DNA from: a virus
Lineage: Duplodnaviria > Caudoviricetes
Virus record (IMG/VR): IMGVR_UViG_3300038530_001416
Coordinates: 1 to 40,295 of that record
Reading direction: 5' to 3' (one strand)
DNA: 40,295 bases
The notes beneath the pieces are model-generated. The model saw only the letters and a program-made list of their open reading frames with translations. It was not told the origin of the DNA and made no database searches. The first letter of the stretch is position 1; each line of letters starts with the position of its first letter. The translations under genes were made by a program, and so were the position numbers. Positions 19,689 through 28,597 of the stretch are shown here, in pieces.

Positions 19689-21557
19689 TCATGTTTCTAT
19701 TTGCAATGCTCCAAGTAAGTAGAAGTATGGCTCAAGAAATTCAAATGTAGAAACTACGCTATCCCTAGTGGCTACTACTCTTCCTTCAGCATCTCTCCTA
19801 GTCACAATTCTTCCTATGTTTCCTTCAGCATCTCTCTTCGCTGCTCTATCGAAACCTACACCTAGTTTCCTGCCCTCTTTGAGAACCATCTTCATAGTGT
19901 TCTTGATTCTATCCATCAATGCCTTCCTAGTCTTGGCATAATCATCTCTGACTTCATCTAGGAACTTGTCTCTCCTTTCCCTCTCTGCTCTTACTTTCAA
20001 CTTAGCAATATCTGCATCTGCCCCTTCTTCTACTTTTACGAATCTAGTCAAGTCGGTAGTTTTCTCTGCATTTTCTATTTCCTCTAAGTCCTCAAAGTAT
20101 TGCTCTATCTCATCAACAGTGAATCCACCGCCAACCATGTTAGACGCTAGTTGCAGCGCAATGACTATATCAGCAGGAGTAGCACCTATGCCTAGTTTCT
20201 TACTCATGATTTTTCTTCTAGTGAAATCTTCTGACAGGAATGGATGCTCCTCATCCATAGCCTCAACCTCAGCGAAAGTCGCTTTATCTGCTTCGTCTGC
20301 ATTGCCCTCAATCACCCTTCGTAGTTTCTCAGTGAGTTCCTTCTTCTTGCTAGACAGTTCACTGGCGGTCATCTTTGTTCCCAAAGCGTCATTGACGAAA
20401 TCAAGAGACTCCTCTTCTATGTCCTCTAACAGTTCCCTGTATGCCTGACCTGATTCAACTTGTCCTGATTTCTCTTTTTGATAATCCAAGAAATCCTGTC
20501 GAAACTTCTCCATCTCTTCGGGATAGTATTCCTCTAACTTTCTCTTCAAGGCACTCTCGCCTTTCTTCTTCGCCTCTTTCAACGCTCTCAGTTTATCTGC
20601 ATCACCAGCAGTAAAATCTGCTCTTTGCTCATAGGCTTGACGAAGTATGTCAGGTATGGGAACTTCACCCTTCTTCTTACCTCTTAGACTGCTCATCAGT
20701 TTCTCATCAATAAAAGAAGACCTCATCCTCTTTCCCTTAACCATCGCACTTGTGTTGAAACTCTCATTCTCCAAAAGAAACTCAAGAGCAGGATTCAATC
20801 CTCTACCCGAATAGAAGAGTCTAGTCATTGACATTTTACCTGTACTTTTCTCATCAATGAAACTCGTTTTCTGTGCTGGCGTTGCTTTGACTTTGTTAAG
20901 TAGATGTGCGACATACTTCTTAGCAGCGTCATCTGAAATATCACGGTCATAGTCTATGCTAATGAAACTCTCTTGGTCTTTGTTCAGAAGTATAGAGTAA
21001 TCATTGGCATATTCCGAGTCCCTTGTCTCATCATAGATTTTCTTCCTAAGTGGAGAGTCACCAATTATCATTTGCTTGAATCTGCTTTTGGATTTTGGAA
21101 CTGAAAGAACTTGTAGAAGTTCTCCCCATTTCTTATCTGCGATTAATGTGTTGAAAGTCTTCTCTGTGCTTTCCCTGATATTTCCTGAACTAGTCTTCTT
21201 TGCTTTACCTAGAAGTTCTAGTCTCTTAGCCATTTGAGTTGCTCTTGACCCTAACATATCTTTTAGGGATTTGAAAGTGTTTCCTCTTCTATTGGTGATA
21301 GTGTCTTCGGTAAGAAGTCTTCTTATGAATTCTATATCTTGAATAAAACTCTGATTCTTCTTCTCTATCAATTCCTTAACATCGGGGTCTTCCCTGTACC
21401 TCTCAAGAGCCTCATCTGTTGTCACTGCATCGAGTATTTCCTTTCTACGACTGGTTTGCCATCTAGAGGTATTCATCACCTTGTCACGAAAATTAGGAAT
21501 CTCCTCCCTTCTAGGTTCAGGAGTGTCATCTTCCTTCAGAACTTGAAACCAACTCAT
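19689..21557 (-). CDS. Large helical hypothetical protein with W-tag (MSWFQVLK)
   Basis: Start revised to ATG 21557, which overlaps the upstream stop and has a GGAGG RBS. Confidence 0.8.
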   Translation of the reverse strand: MSWFQVLKEDDTPEPRREEIPNFRDKVMNTSRWQTSRRKEILDAVTTDEALERYREDPDVKELIEKKNQSFIQDIEFIRRLLTEDTITNRRGNTFKSLKDMLGSRATQMAKRLELLGKAKKTSSGNIRESTEKTFNTLIADKKWGELLQVLSVPKSKSRFKQMIIGDSPLRKKIYDETRDSEYANDYSILLNKDQESFISIDYDRDISDDAAKKYVAHLLNKVKATPAQKTSFIDEKSTGKMSMTRLFYSGRGLNPALEFLLENESFNTSAMVKGKRMRSSFIDEKLMSSLRGKKKGEVPIPDILRQAYEQRADFTAGDADKLRALKEAKKKGESALKRKLEEYYPEEMEKFRQDFLDYQKEKSGQVESGQAYRELLEDIEEESLDFVNDALGTKMTASELSSKKKELTEKLRRVIEGNADEADKATFAEVEAMDEEHPFLSEDFTRRKIMSKKLGIGATPADIVIALQLASNMVGGGFTVDEIEQYFEDLEEIENAEKTTDLTRFVKVEEGADADIAKLKVRAERERRDKFLDEVRDDYAKTRKALMDRIKNTMKMVLKEGRKLGVGFDRAAKRDAEGNIGRIVTRRDAEGRVVATRDSVVSTFEFLEPYFYLLGALQIET

Positions 21558-22210
21558 TGCAACTTCTCCTCCATCTTGCTTCTGACATCCAACCAAACAT
21601 CAGGATGGTTCTGTGCTAGAACCTCCTTGATGACCTGCATCTGATGAACGATGATAGTGTCTTGCCTCTTATGTACCAATTTGCCCTTGAACTCTAGCAA
21701 ATACTTCAGAGACTCACGAACCTCCTTAGCCAACTTGGTCAACGAGTCGATATATTTCGGGTCAGTGGAGTCTTCACCGAATAAAGTATCAATTTTTTGC
21801 TCCAATCTCTGCACGTTTGCACTCAAAGTCTCAATCTCATCGATTTCCTTCTTTGCAATCATGTTCGCAGCAGATTTCTGCACAATTGGCTTAAGATGTT
21901 TATCCACATGACGAACAACTTGGTCTTCTGTGCATTCAACTATGCGTGAAGCAGTCAAGGGACTCATCTCCCCACTGTGAATCTGCTCTTCCAACTCTGC
22001 TCTCATGGGATGTGAACACATTTTGCAACTTGGATTGGCAGAATCGACATATGCTCCCATGTGATTCCTCTGATGTCGTGCTGTCGTGCCACTTTTCCAG
22101 TTCATCTGTTGGTCTAAAGCGTCTGCCGAGTAACTCATGGCTTCCAAATCAGCCTCAAGTTGACTCCTATCCTCATGCATACAGAGAGGACAACGCTTTC
22201 TCGTAATCAT
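21554..22210 (-). CDS. Tandem zinc-finger/HTH plus coiled-coil protein; terminase small subunit candidate
   Basis: Two repeats of CxxCxH...RHxxxH followed by an oligomerisation-like coiled coil; upstream of terL. Confidence 0.6.
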   Translation of the reverse strand: MITRKRCPLCMHEDRSQLEADLEAMSYSADALDQQMNWKSGTTARHQRNHMGAYVDSANPSCKMCSHPMRAELEEQIHSGEMSPLTASRIVECTEDQVVRHVDKHLKPIVQKSAANMIAKKEIDEIETLSANVQRLEQKIDTLFGEDSTDPKYIDSLTKLAKEVRESLKYLLEFKGKLVHKRQDTIIVHQMQVIKEVLAQNHPDVWLDVRSKMEEKLQ

Positions 22211-22218
22211 ATCCTCAC

Positions 22219-22413
22219 CTAGAAATTGAATCCCATTCTTTTCTTATATTGCTCAAGAGATTCTCCTTCTCTGAATGCTTCAGCAGTTCCTTCTACACTT
22301 TGCCTAAGTCTCTGTTCAGCCTTAGACTGTTCTGCTAGTCTCTTCATGTACTTCTTTCTCTCTTCTTCAGTCATTTCTTCTTTCAGAATCTCTTTCCAAC
22401 TCATCTCATTCAC
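22219..22413 (-). CDS. Hypothetical protein with W-tag (MSWKEILK)
   Basis: AGGTGA RBS. Confidence 0.7.
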   Translation of the reverse strand: MNEMSWKEILKEEMTEEERKKYMKRLAEQSKAEQRLRQSVEGTAEAFREGESLEQYKKRMGFNF

Positions 22414-22496
22414 CTACAATTAGTGTAGCAGTACGGGCAAATGCAACCAACTGCCATGTTATCTTCATCTACGCCATCTAATCCTCTGCACTTCAC
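22410..22496 (-). CDS. 28-aa Cys-rich peptide (not in the ORF track)
   Basis: GTG start overlapping the upstream stop; MKCRGLDGVDEDNMAVGCICPYCYTNCR. Confidence 0.4.
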   Translation of the reverse strand: MKCRGLDGVDEDNMAVGCICPYCYTNCR

Positions 22497-23632
22497 GTTC
22501 TCACCTTCATGATTTCCTTCCAACTTAGAGAAACAGGGGATTTCTCTTGTGATTTTTTGACTCTATCTTTAGAAACATTAGATTTCTCTACTTTCTTTCC
22601 ATAGCCCTTTATTTTGTACTCAGGCAGCATCTTGGCAGCGTGTTCCATCTGTCTCCAATTGACATCCAAGAACAAACCACTCAAGTCGTAGTTGTATTTA
22701 GCATCAAGAAATTCCATAAATGCGTCTGATTGTGCATCAGTAAGTGGATATGGAGTTGGATTCTTCCTCTGCATATTCATTGCCCTCTTCGGTCTGTATT
22801 TTCCATTGGGCAATTGGTATTGGTCAGTGTCGTTCACAGTGTCTAAGACAAACTTCCTGAAACCCGGAACGTTGTTCATCAGGAACTCGGCAGTTCCGTT
22901 TCCCCCTACCTTTAGTGGGCTTTCTCTCTCAGGCTTGAATGGTAGTTCCTCCAATTCCTGCTCCTCAAATTCAGTGCATAGTTCTAGGAGGCTCTTCGAC
23001 CCGAACCAATCTGTTCCCTTAGTTCCCCAAAGTGCTTGATAGACTGGTGGATTTGCCTTGCCTTTACCTTCAAACGAATACCAGTCAGTAGGAATGGTAG
23101 GGACATCTCCGTTTTTGTATCTGTTTCTGAATCTTCTGTACTTTGGAACTCTGTAATCACCAAATACCTGCTTCCAATCAGTAGCGACTCCTTCACCATC
23201 TTCGTTCTCTTCATAATCATCTATGGCATTGAAACTTATGTTCTGTGGATTTATTTCGCTAGTAGCATTATCATTGTCCTCAAGATACTTCTTTAGTTTA
23301 CTAACTGCCGAAAACTGTTCATCTGACAGATTCTTCTCCTTTCCAATAGCATCAGCCAATGTAAGATATTCAGGAATCGTTGTTATTTTTGGAGGGAAGT
23401 TATCCTCATCTCCCTTACTTGACCTACCTTTCTTTCGACCTATATCTCCCATGTTGTCAATCCATGCTAGAACAGTAGGCGCACCTGAGCCTTCAGGAAG
23501 TGGCTTAGTTGCAGCACTTTTCCATTCTTCTAAAAACTCAGACCAAGGCGTAACTCCTTCCTCAGAGTAAATCGCCATACCGCCGGGTAGAGTGACTTTG
23601 ATTCTTCTTTTCTTCAGAGTCTTCCTCGTCAT
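22493..23632 (-). CDS. Hypothetical protein with C-terminal W-tag (LSWKEIMK)
   Basis: 379-aa ORF; true start may be the internal ATG (MAIYSE). Confidence 0.75.
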   Translation of the reverse strand: MTRKTLKKRRIKVTLPGGMAIYSEEGVTPWSEFLEEWKSAATKPLPEGSGAPTVLAWIDNMGDIGRKKGRSSKGDEDNFPPKITTIPEYLTLADAIGKEKNLSDEQFSAVSKLKKYLEDNDNATSEINPQNISFNAIDDYEENEDGEGVATDWKQVFGDYRVPKYRRFRNRYKNGDVPTIPTDWYSFEGKGKANPPVYQALWGTKGTDWFGSKSLLELCTEFEEQELEELPFKPERESPLKVGGNGTAEFLMNNVPGFRKFVLDTVNDTDQYQLPNGKYRPKRAMNMQRKNPTPYPLTDAQSDAFMEFLDAKYNYDLSGLFLDVNWRQMEHAAKMLPEYKIKGYGKKVEKSNVSKDRVKKSQEKSPVSLSWKEIMKVRT

Positions 23633-23756
23633 CCTTCTTCCTCTTCTTTGGTGAGTATCTTACATTGAACAATGCCTTTGTTCCGGGGGAGGTTGAGGTA
23701 ACTGCGCCCTCCGCTCGCAGGATATTAAACCAAGAAGATTCGTATGGTGATGACAC
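23562..23756 (-). CDS. Hypothetical protein with W-tag (SSWFNILR)
   Basis: GGAGG upstream; carries the tag. Confidence 0.6.
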   Translation of the reverse strand: MSSPYESSWFNILRAEGAVTSTSPGTKALFNVRYSPKKRKKDDEEDSEEKKNQSHSTRRYGDLL

Positions 23757-23808
23757 AACCTGAACCTCCTGAATACACTTTGGACTAAAGACATTTCCGA
23801 AAACTCAA

Positions 23809-24021
23809 TCACTTCTTTGGTTCATGTGTGTAGATGTCTCCATCCTTGTGCATGAATATCTTACCTTCCTTCTCCATGCTAGATAGAACTTCTTTCAACT
23901 TATCCTCATCAGCAAACTGCTTCAGATTCTTCATTCCCAAAGCACCACCTTCTTTCTCAATCTCCCCTAGAATCTTCGACTCAAGAGAATCCTCCTTTAG
24001 AATATCTTTCCAACTCATCAT
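23809..24021 (-). CDS. Small winged-helix-like protein with W-tag (MSWKDILK)
   Basis: ILGEIEKEGGAL...LKEVLSSMEKEGKIFMHKDG resembles a wHTH. Confidence 0.65.
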   Translation of the reverse strand: MMSWKDILKEDSLESKILGEIEKEGGALGMKNLKQFADEDKLKEVLSSMEKEGKIFMHKDGDIYTHEPKK

Positions 24022-24257
24022 ATCGCCGCCGCCGGATTGTCTGCTGCCGTATCGAATCCTCTTTTCTTACAGACTTCGCAAATCTTCTGTCCCTTTGAAT
24101 TGACACTTCCTCTCATGAATCTGCTTTTCCCACAGATAGCACAAACTTCTTCTGAAACTTGAGGCTTGACTTGTGAAGTTCCCATCCTCTCTCTCATACG
24201 CATAGCCTCTTCCATAGGATTCTTCTTGAGAATATCGAACCAACTCATCTTAATCAA
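24018..24257 (-). CDS. Zinc-finger protein with W-tag (MSWFDILK)
   Basis: CAIC...CEVC. Confidence 0.7.
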   Translation of the reverse strand: MIKMSWFDILKKNPMEEAMRMRERMGTSQVKPQVSEEVCAICGKSRFMRGSVNSKGQKICEVCKKRGFDTAADNPAAAI

Positions 24258-24793
24258 GCCTTGAAGTTCGTGTTATGCACTCTATTGTGCATTTCTAGTT
24301 GCGCCTTTACTGCTCTTGCAAGACGCTGTGCTTGTCGTGGATTATTTCTTGCTTGGTTTATGTAGTCCTTCATCATCAGACCAAAGAACTTTCCACCTTC
24401 CTTCTCTAACTCAGGAATCATGTCTTCGACATTATTGAAAAACTCATCCAAATCACCTAGTTCCTCTGCATTTTCATCTCTAAATGATTCCTTGTCTCTT
24501 TCTTCTTCGTCTGCTTCCATACTTTCGTTGTAGGCAGTACGCATTGCATCTTCCAAACTTTCAAAATTCGCATCCAAGAAGAATCGCCCGATATCAGTTT
24601 TGAGCAATTTTTCTGCTTCATCATCAACATCGCCATTATCTAGGTTGGCTGCTACGTCTCTGATGTCTTCAAGCATGTTCATAAATTTCTCTTCTGCGTT
24701 TACTAACTCAACATCAAACTCTTTGATAAGTTTCATAACATTATCAATTTCCTTTTCCATATAGTCGTTTTTTAGTATATTCTGCCACTTCAT
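24254..24793 (-). CDS. Acidic helical protein with W-tag (MKWQNILK)
   Basis: ORF track; RBS. Confidence 0.75.
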   Translation of the reverse strand: MKWQNILKNDYMEKEIDNVMKLIKEFDVELVNAEEKFMNMLEDIRDVAANLDNGDVDDEAEKLLKTDIGRFFLDANFESLEDAMRTAYNESMEADEEERDKESFRDENAEELGDLDEFFNNVEDMIPELEKEGGKFFGLMMKDYINQARNNPRQAQRLARAVKAQLEMHNRVHNTNFKA

Positions 24794-24802
24794 TTTAATT
24801 CC

Positions 24803-25078
24803 TCAATCCAACCTTTGAAGCGCATCAATCAACGCTTCTAGTTCGGGCAATGCGTCAATAGGTCTGCCTGATGCATTATCTAAATCGTTAGCGGCTTGTC
24901 TAACTGATTCATAATATTTTGACTCGTAAAGGTCTTCTAGCACACTCATGATGTCAAGGGGCATCTCTTCCTCAACATACCTTATTCTCTCTTCTAATTT
25001 CTCAAATCTTTCAATTAGTTCAAACAAACCAATTTGTTTCTTGATTTCTGACTTCTTGAGTGTGTCTGACCACGACAT
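24803..25078 (-). CDS. Hypothetical protein with W-tag (MSWSDTLK)
   Basis: ORF track. Confidence 0.7.
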   Translation of the reverse strand: MSWSDTLKKSEIKKQIGLFELIERFEKLEERIRYVEEEMPLDIMSVLEDLYESKYYESVRQAANDLDNASGRPIDALPELEALIDALQRLD

Positions 25079-25101
25079 GCTACATCCGAGATAGTGTCGT
25101 T

Positions 25102-25386
25102 CTATGAAGATTTTCTTTTTCGCCCTTTCTTGGGTGTCAGTATGTTCCTAGCAGTTTGACAACAGTAGCGAATCTTCTGAGTTGACTCCAACTTCCAAAA
25201 AGAATCTCTCTCTAAACCGAACTTGTCTTCAATATGACAACACAACTCATACCTGCTCATTGCAGCGAAGTCATCATCAATCTCCAAACCTAGAACTGGC
25301 CCTTCAGGATGGTCTAGTTTCTTATCCAACCAAACATAGGTATGACCCATGAAGGAAATCAACTTTCTAATCAGCCACTGTTTCAT
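25102..25386 (-). CDS. Hypothetical protein
   Basis: ATGA coupling; GGAGG RBS. Confidence 0.7.
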   Translation of the reverse strand: MKQWLIRKLISFMGHTYVWLDKKLDHPEGPVLGLEIDDDFAAMSRYELCCHIEDKFGLERDSFWKLESTQKIRYCCQTARNILTPKKGRKRKSS

Positions 25387-25697
25387 TTCTTAGCCTCCGT
25401 CTTCTTCTTCTGCTGCTCGATGAACTTCCTGTATATGGCTGCCTCCTTAGTCTTACCCATTTCTCTTGCTCTTTGCTCCATTGCTATTGCAGCCTGAGTC
25501 TTATGTGCGTGGCTTCTATCGCTTCTTCTTATCTTGGCTACTGATTTTCTAGATGTCTCCTCATCCTTGAATCCTAATCCGTGAATAGTTCCCTTTGGAT
25601 TCTCATCAGTATACAAATCAGAATGCTTTTTTGAGTTTCTTCTTTGTCCTTTCTTTCTTGGGATACGAGGTGCTTTCACAGTGTCGAACCAACTCAT
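25383..25697 (-). CDS. Basic protein with W-tag (MSWFDTVK)
   Basis: K/R-rich; HSDLYTDENPKGTIHGLGFKD. Confidence 0.75.
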   Translation of the reverse strand: MSWFDTVKAPRIPRKKGQRRNSKKHSDLYTDENPKGTIHGLGFKDEETSRKSVAKIRRSDRSHAHKTQAAIAMEQRAREMGKTKEAAIYRKFIEQQKKKTEAKK

Positions 25698-25795
25698 ACA
25701 TACTCACCGCACGACTGACAGAAGCAACCCTGTCTTGACCATTCGATAGTAGTTATCCACTCGCATATCAAACATACTCCAACAAAGGGCTTCAT
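25694..25795 (-). CDS. 33-aa zinc-ribbon peptide (not in the ORF track)
   Basis: MKPFVGVCLICEWITTIEWSRQGCFCQSCGEYV; ATGA overlap with the next gene. Confidence 0.55.
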   Translation of the reverse strand: MKPFVGVCLICEWITTIEWSRQGCFCQSCGEYV

Positions 25796-25908
25796 GGTCT
25801 GAATCTACTCCAACACCAAAGACCGTGACACAGTTCCCATATAATCATTCATCATCCCATTCTTTGAACATCTCTTCCAAGCACCTTAGAAACATTGCAC
25901 TATTACTC

Positions 25909-26052
25909 TTACTCATTATATTTCACCCCCCACTTCAGATAGACTATACCGCCTAACGTGATTAGTAGAAATCCCAATGCCAAAGGCATCAGACTAATCT
26001 CAACTTCAGCATCAAGTATGTGCTGTATCAGATTATCATCAACTAGAATCAT
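25909..26052 (-). CDS. 47-aa single-pass membrane peptide (not in the ORF track)
   Basis: MILVDDNLIQHILDAEVEISLMPLALGFLLITLGGIVYLKWGVKYNE. Confidence 0.5.
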   Translation of the reverse strand: MILVDDNLIQHILDAEVEISLMPLALGFLLITLGGIVYLKWGVKYNE

Positions 26053-26195
26053 TCCTCATCTCCCCAATTCCTACAATAGAAACACAACTCACCTATTTCA
26101 CTTGTCCAACCATTACACCCTGCTACTCTACACATAATATCTCTCTCCCTGATTATAATCAATGGAAAAGTCAAGAGTAGTGTGATAGTTCTGCA

Positions 26196-26681
26196 TCAAT
26201 CACACCTCCAAAGTTCTTCTTGCTCTATCAAATCATACTCATTCAAATCCATGATGTCACAAACATCGTCATAGGACTCTACTTTCGCATAATTCAACGT
26301 TTTCAAAAATGTAGTGAGTTCATTCAGGCATGTTTCCTCTATTGGTCTGAGTATTGCAATCTTAGGATAGTGACCTAACCTCTGATTTCGCCTCGTAACC
26401 ATCTCCTTCAGGATTCCATTCTTTCTATGGACTGGCTTGACGTAGTTATTGCCAATGAAATACCACCTACCCATATCAGAGAACGAAGTGTGGGCTATAA
26501 TCTCGTCACCACTGAATTTCGCTATCATGTAGAGGTTCTCACACACATGTTCGGGATATCCCTTGGACACTGTGGACTGAAAATTGACACCCCATCTATC
26601 AGCAACTTCAGACTCTTTGAGAAATCCTGAGAACCACTCGCCATTTTCGTTAACTAACTCAGGCAACATATATTTCTCCAT
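26196..26681 (-). CDS. Second GNAT-like acetyltransferase
   Basis: YVKPVHRKNGIL motif A; shares the ...RN...K.P(A/K)...I/V pattern with 16478..17050. Confidence 0.7.
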   Translation of the reverse strand: MEKYMLPELVNENGEWFSGFLKESEVADRWGVNFQSTVSKGYPEHVCENLYMIAKFSGDEIIAHTSFSDMGRWYFIGNNYVKPVHRKNGILKEMVTRRNQRLGHYPKIAILRPIEETCLNELTTFLKTLNYAKVESYDDVCDIMDLNEYDLIEQEELWRCD

Positions 26682-26689
26682 TTACTTTT

Positions 26690-26995
26690 TCAAAAATTGG
26701 ACTGGAATTTTTTTGGCACTAGCAAAATTTTTTTTAGTTGTTTTTTACTATTCCCAAGATAAAAATCAAGGCTGTTTATTTCTAGATGCAAGTTTGTTTT
26801 CCTGCTGTTCAGTTGTATCTCAAAGGAAGTATTTGAGGGCGATTTTTTCACCGCATTCTTTTCCGTAGAAACTGACATGTAGAACACGGAAATACTGTCG
26901 GTTTATAGTAGTGTAGATTCTACACCGTCTAAAACAACAAAAAATTTCTTTTTTTAGAAAAGTGAGCGACAACAAAAAAATGAAAAAAAAATTTG
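26690..26995. other. A/T-tract-rich non-coding region at the boundary between the late module and the cassette array
   Basis: Multiple A5-A9/T5-T9 tracts; inverted repeat gtgtagattctacac at 26911-26925. Confidence 0.5.
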
Positions 26996-27027
26996 CATAT
27001 GGTTGTAGATTTTTTTACAATCATATG

Positions 27028-27141
27028 GTAGGAGTGGCGACAGGCTATACACATAATCGAAGAGTCTCACTCTTCATCATCGTAGTAGTAAAGCACTGTT
27101 GTCACCTCCTAACCCCGACAGGTTATACCAACTAGTTGACA
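27028..27141 (+). ncRNA. Structured non-coding element, copy 1
   Basis: Outer stems taggag/ctccta and tggcgacag/ctgttgtca (G-U pairs on the + strand), inner hairpin gaagagt-ctc-actcttc, then aacc-ccgaca-ggtt. Confidence 0.65.
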
Positions 27142-27170
27142 ACCATATGGTAAGAACGGCTTTGCCAGTG

Positions 27171-27189
27171 AAAAAACCCCGAAGGTAGG
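27171..27189 (-). terminator. UUCG hairpin plus U6 tract ending cassette A
   Basis: Minus strand reads ACC-UUCG-GGG-UUUUUU. Confidence 0.6.
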
Positions 27190-27326
27190 AGAAAGGAAGC
27201 GTGTGATAGTCGGGGCGGGGCTTCCTTCCTCCATTCTTTACTTATTAATCAGGCTGAACGCATATTTCGTATTATTCGGCCCATTTTTTCATAATAAGCA
27301 TGGGTTGAGTTGCTTAACATTCATCA

Positions 27327-27590
27327 TCAAAGAACATTATATTCACCTCCGACCACTTTTTCCCTTATATCTTGAATCGAAGGCTCATTCAAGAACTGAA
27401 GCAGATAAAAGTTAGTCGTTTGGCTGAACATGTCCCAATATGGGTTATACAAGGTTATTTCATCGCCTTTTATAGTTGCAACCTTTGAATTATATGAATA
27501 AAAGTGCTTTCCCTCTTCGTCATATACTTCAATTTGGTTCTTTGCGGGGTTTCCCCCCTTAGTTATCATGTGTTGAAACCTTAGTGTCAT
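27327..27590 (-). CDS. Hypothetical early-type protein (cassette A)
   Basis: FYSYNSKVA...S.TT..YL..FL pattern seen in small phage proteins; promoter at fixed spacing. Confidence 0.8.
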   Translation of the reverse strand: MTLRFQHMITKGGNPAKNQIEVYDEEGKHFYSYNSKVATIKGDEITLYNPYWDMFSQTTNFYLLQFLNEPSIQDIREKVVGGEYNVL

Positions 27591-27620
27591 ATCCTTATTC
27601 CCATTTCACAGTTATAGGGA
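27591..27620 (-). promoter_or_regulatory. Leaderless promoter A
   Basis: CCTATAACTGTGAAATG + 11 nt + ATG. Confidence 0.75.
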
Positions 27621-27664
27621 TGTCTGACAAAGTCGCCTACCATATGGTAAGGCACTTTGTTGCT

Positions 27665-27685
27665 CTGACCCCGTAGGGGAGTCAG
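27665..27685 (-). terminator. UACG hairpin ending cassette B
   Basis: Minus strand CUGA(CUC)CCC-UACG-GGGUCAG. Confidence 0.55.
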
Positions 27686-27847
27686 GACAGGGACAGTTGT
27701 TGCATAAGACTTGCATTCATATCCGATTCATTGCGTAGAGTATATTCCGGCTTCATCTACGGCTGATTACGCTGTGCGAAGTAGTTATGTCGAACTAACT
27801 GTTTGTCCATCATCCCCAATTACTCCCTCAAGGGTAGGAGTTTACGT

Positions 27848-28597
27848 TCACTCTTCTTCTGAAGAGGCTTGTCTCTTTGCTTCTCTGAGCATGTCGATTA
27901 CTGCTGGCTTACATTCTGACGAATGATGAGACCGAACATCGAACATACAGGAGATAGTTGGCTCTTCTAAGGTCTTATCGAAGGTTTCCGACTCAAAGAT
28001 GCTCTCAAAGATAGCCTGTATCTTGCCCATCAGTGGTGTAGGCAAATCTACGAGTTTCTCTTGTAGAATAGCATCCTTCTGAACCTTATCTGTATCCCAC
28101 TCAACGGTAAACTTGAGTGTAGAGCGGTAAGAGTAGGCTGTGAAGTCAATCTTCATCCTAACATCTGCTTCACCTTCATCATTGTAGGAGATAATCTGAT
28201 ACTTGTCAGAGTATGACCCTAAATGAAAGTCTGAATCAGTGTAAATGATAGTGCTACCACGCCAATCTGCTTCAACTTCCTTTGTAATGGTTGTAGTTAC
28301 CTTCTCAATAGGCTTAGTCTCAATCATCATTACCTCAAACTGGTCAATTACATCCTGTGCCTTGTATTTGTAGTCAAACGTTAGTTGAACTTCCGTATCA
28401 TCGACAACGAAGTTGACGAGATAAGTATCAGATGAAGTTGTTTCTTCTTTGACACCATATTCCGGTAGTTCTGTATCCCATGAATCCAAGTCTGCTATGT
28501 TGTGTTGGCCTAAAACATGGTGGAGAAGTTGCTTCTCACTTTCACTAAACCCGAAATCATAGTCAATGGAGACTGTTCTTGTGTGGGTATGACTCAT
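27848..28597 (-). CDS. Hypothetical acidic protein (cassette B)
   Basis: 249-aa ORF coupled to the upstream gene. Confidence 0.8.
   Translation of the reverse strand: MSHTHTRTVSIDYDFGFSESEKQLLHHVLGQHNIADLDSWDTELPEYGVKEETTSSDTYLVNFVVDDTEVQLTFDYKYKAQDVIDQFEVMMIETKPIEKVTTTITKEVEADWRGSTIIYTDSDFHLGSYSDKYQIISYNDEGEADVRMKIDFTAYSYRSTLKFTVEWDTDKVQKDAILQEKLVDLPTPLMGKIQAIFESIFESETFDKTLEEPTISCMFDVRSHHSSECKPAVIDMLREAKRQASSEEE

Noticed and set aside
972-24103. Numerous plus-strand ORFs in the ORF track (Ser/Phe/Leu-rich)
   Set aside because: Antisense shadows of the Lys/Glu-rich minus-strand genes; no RBS or motifs
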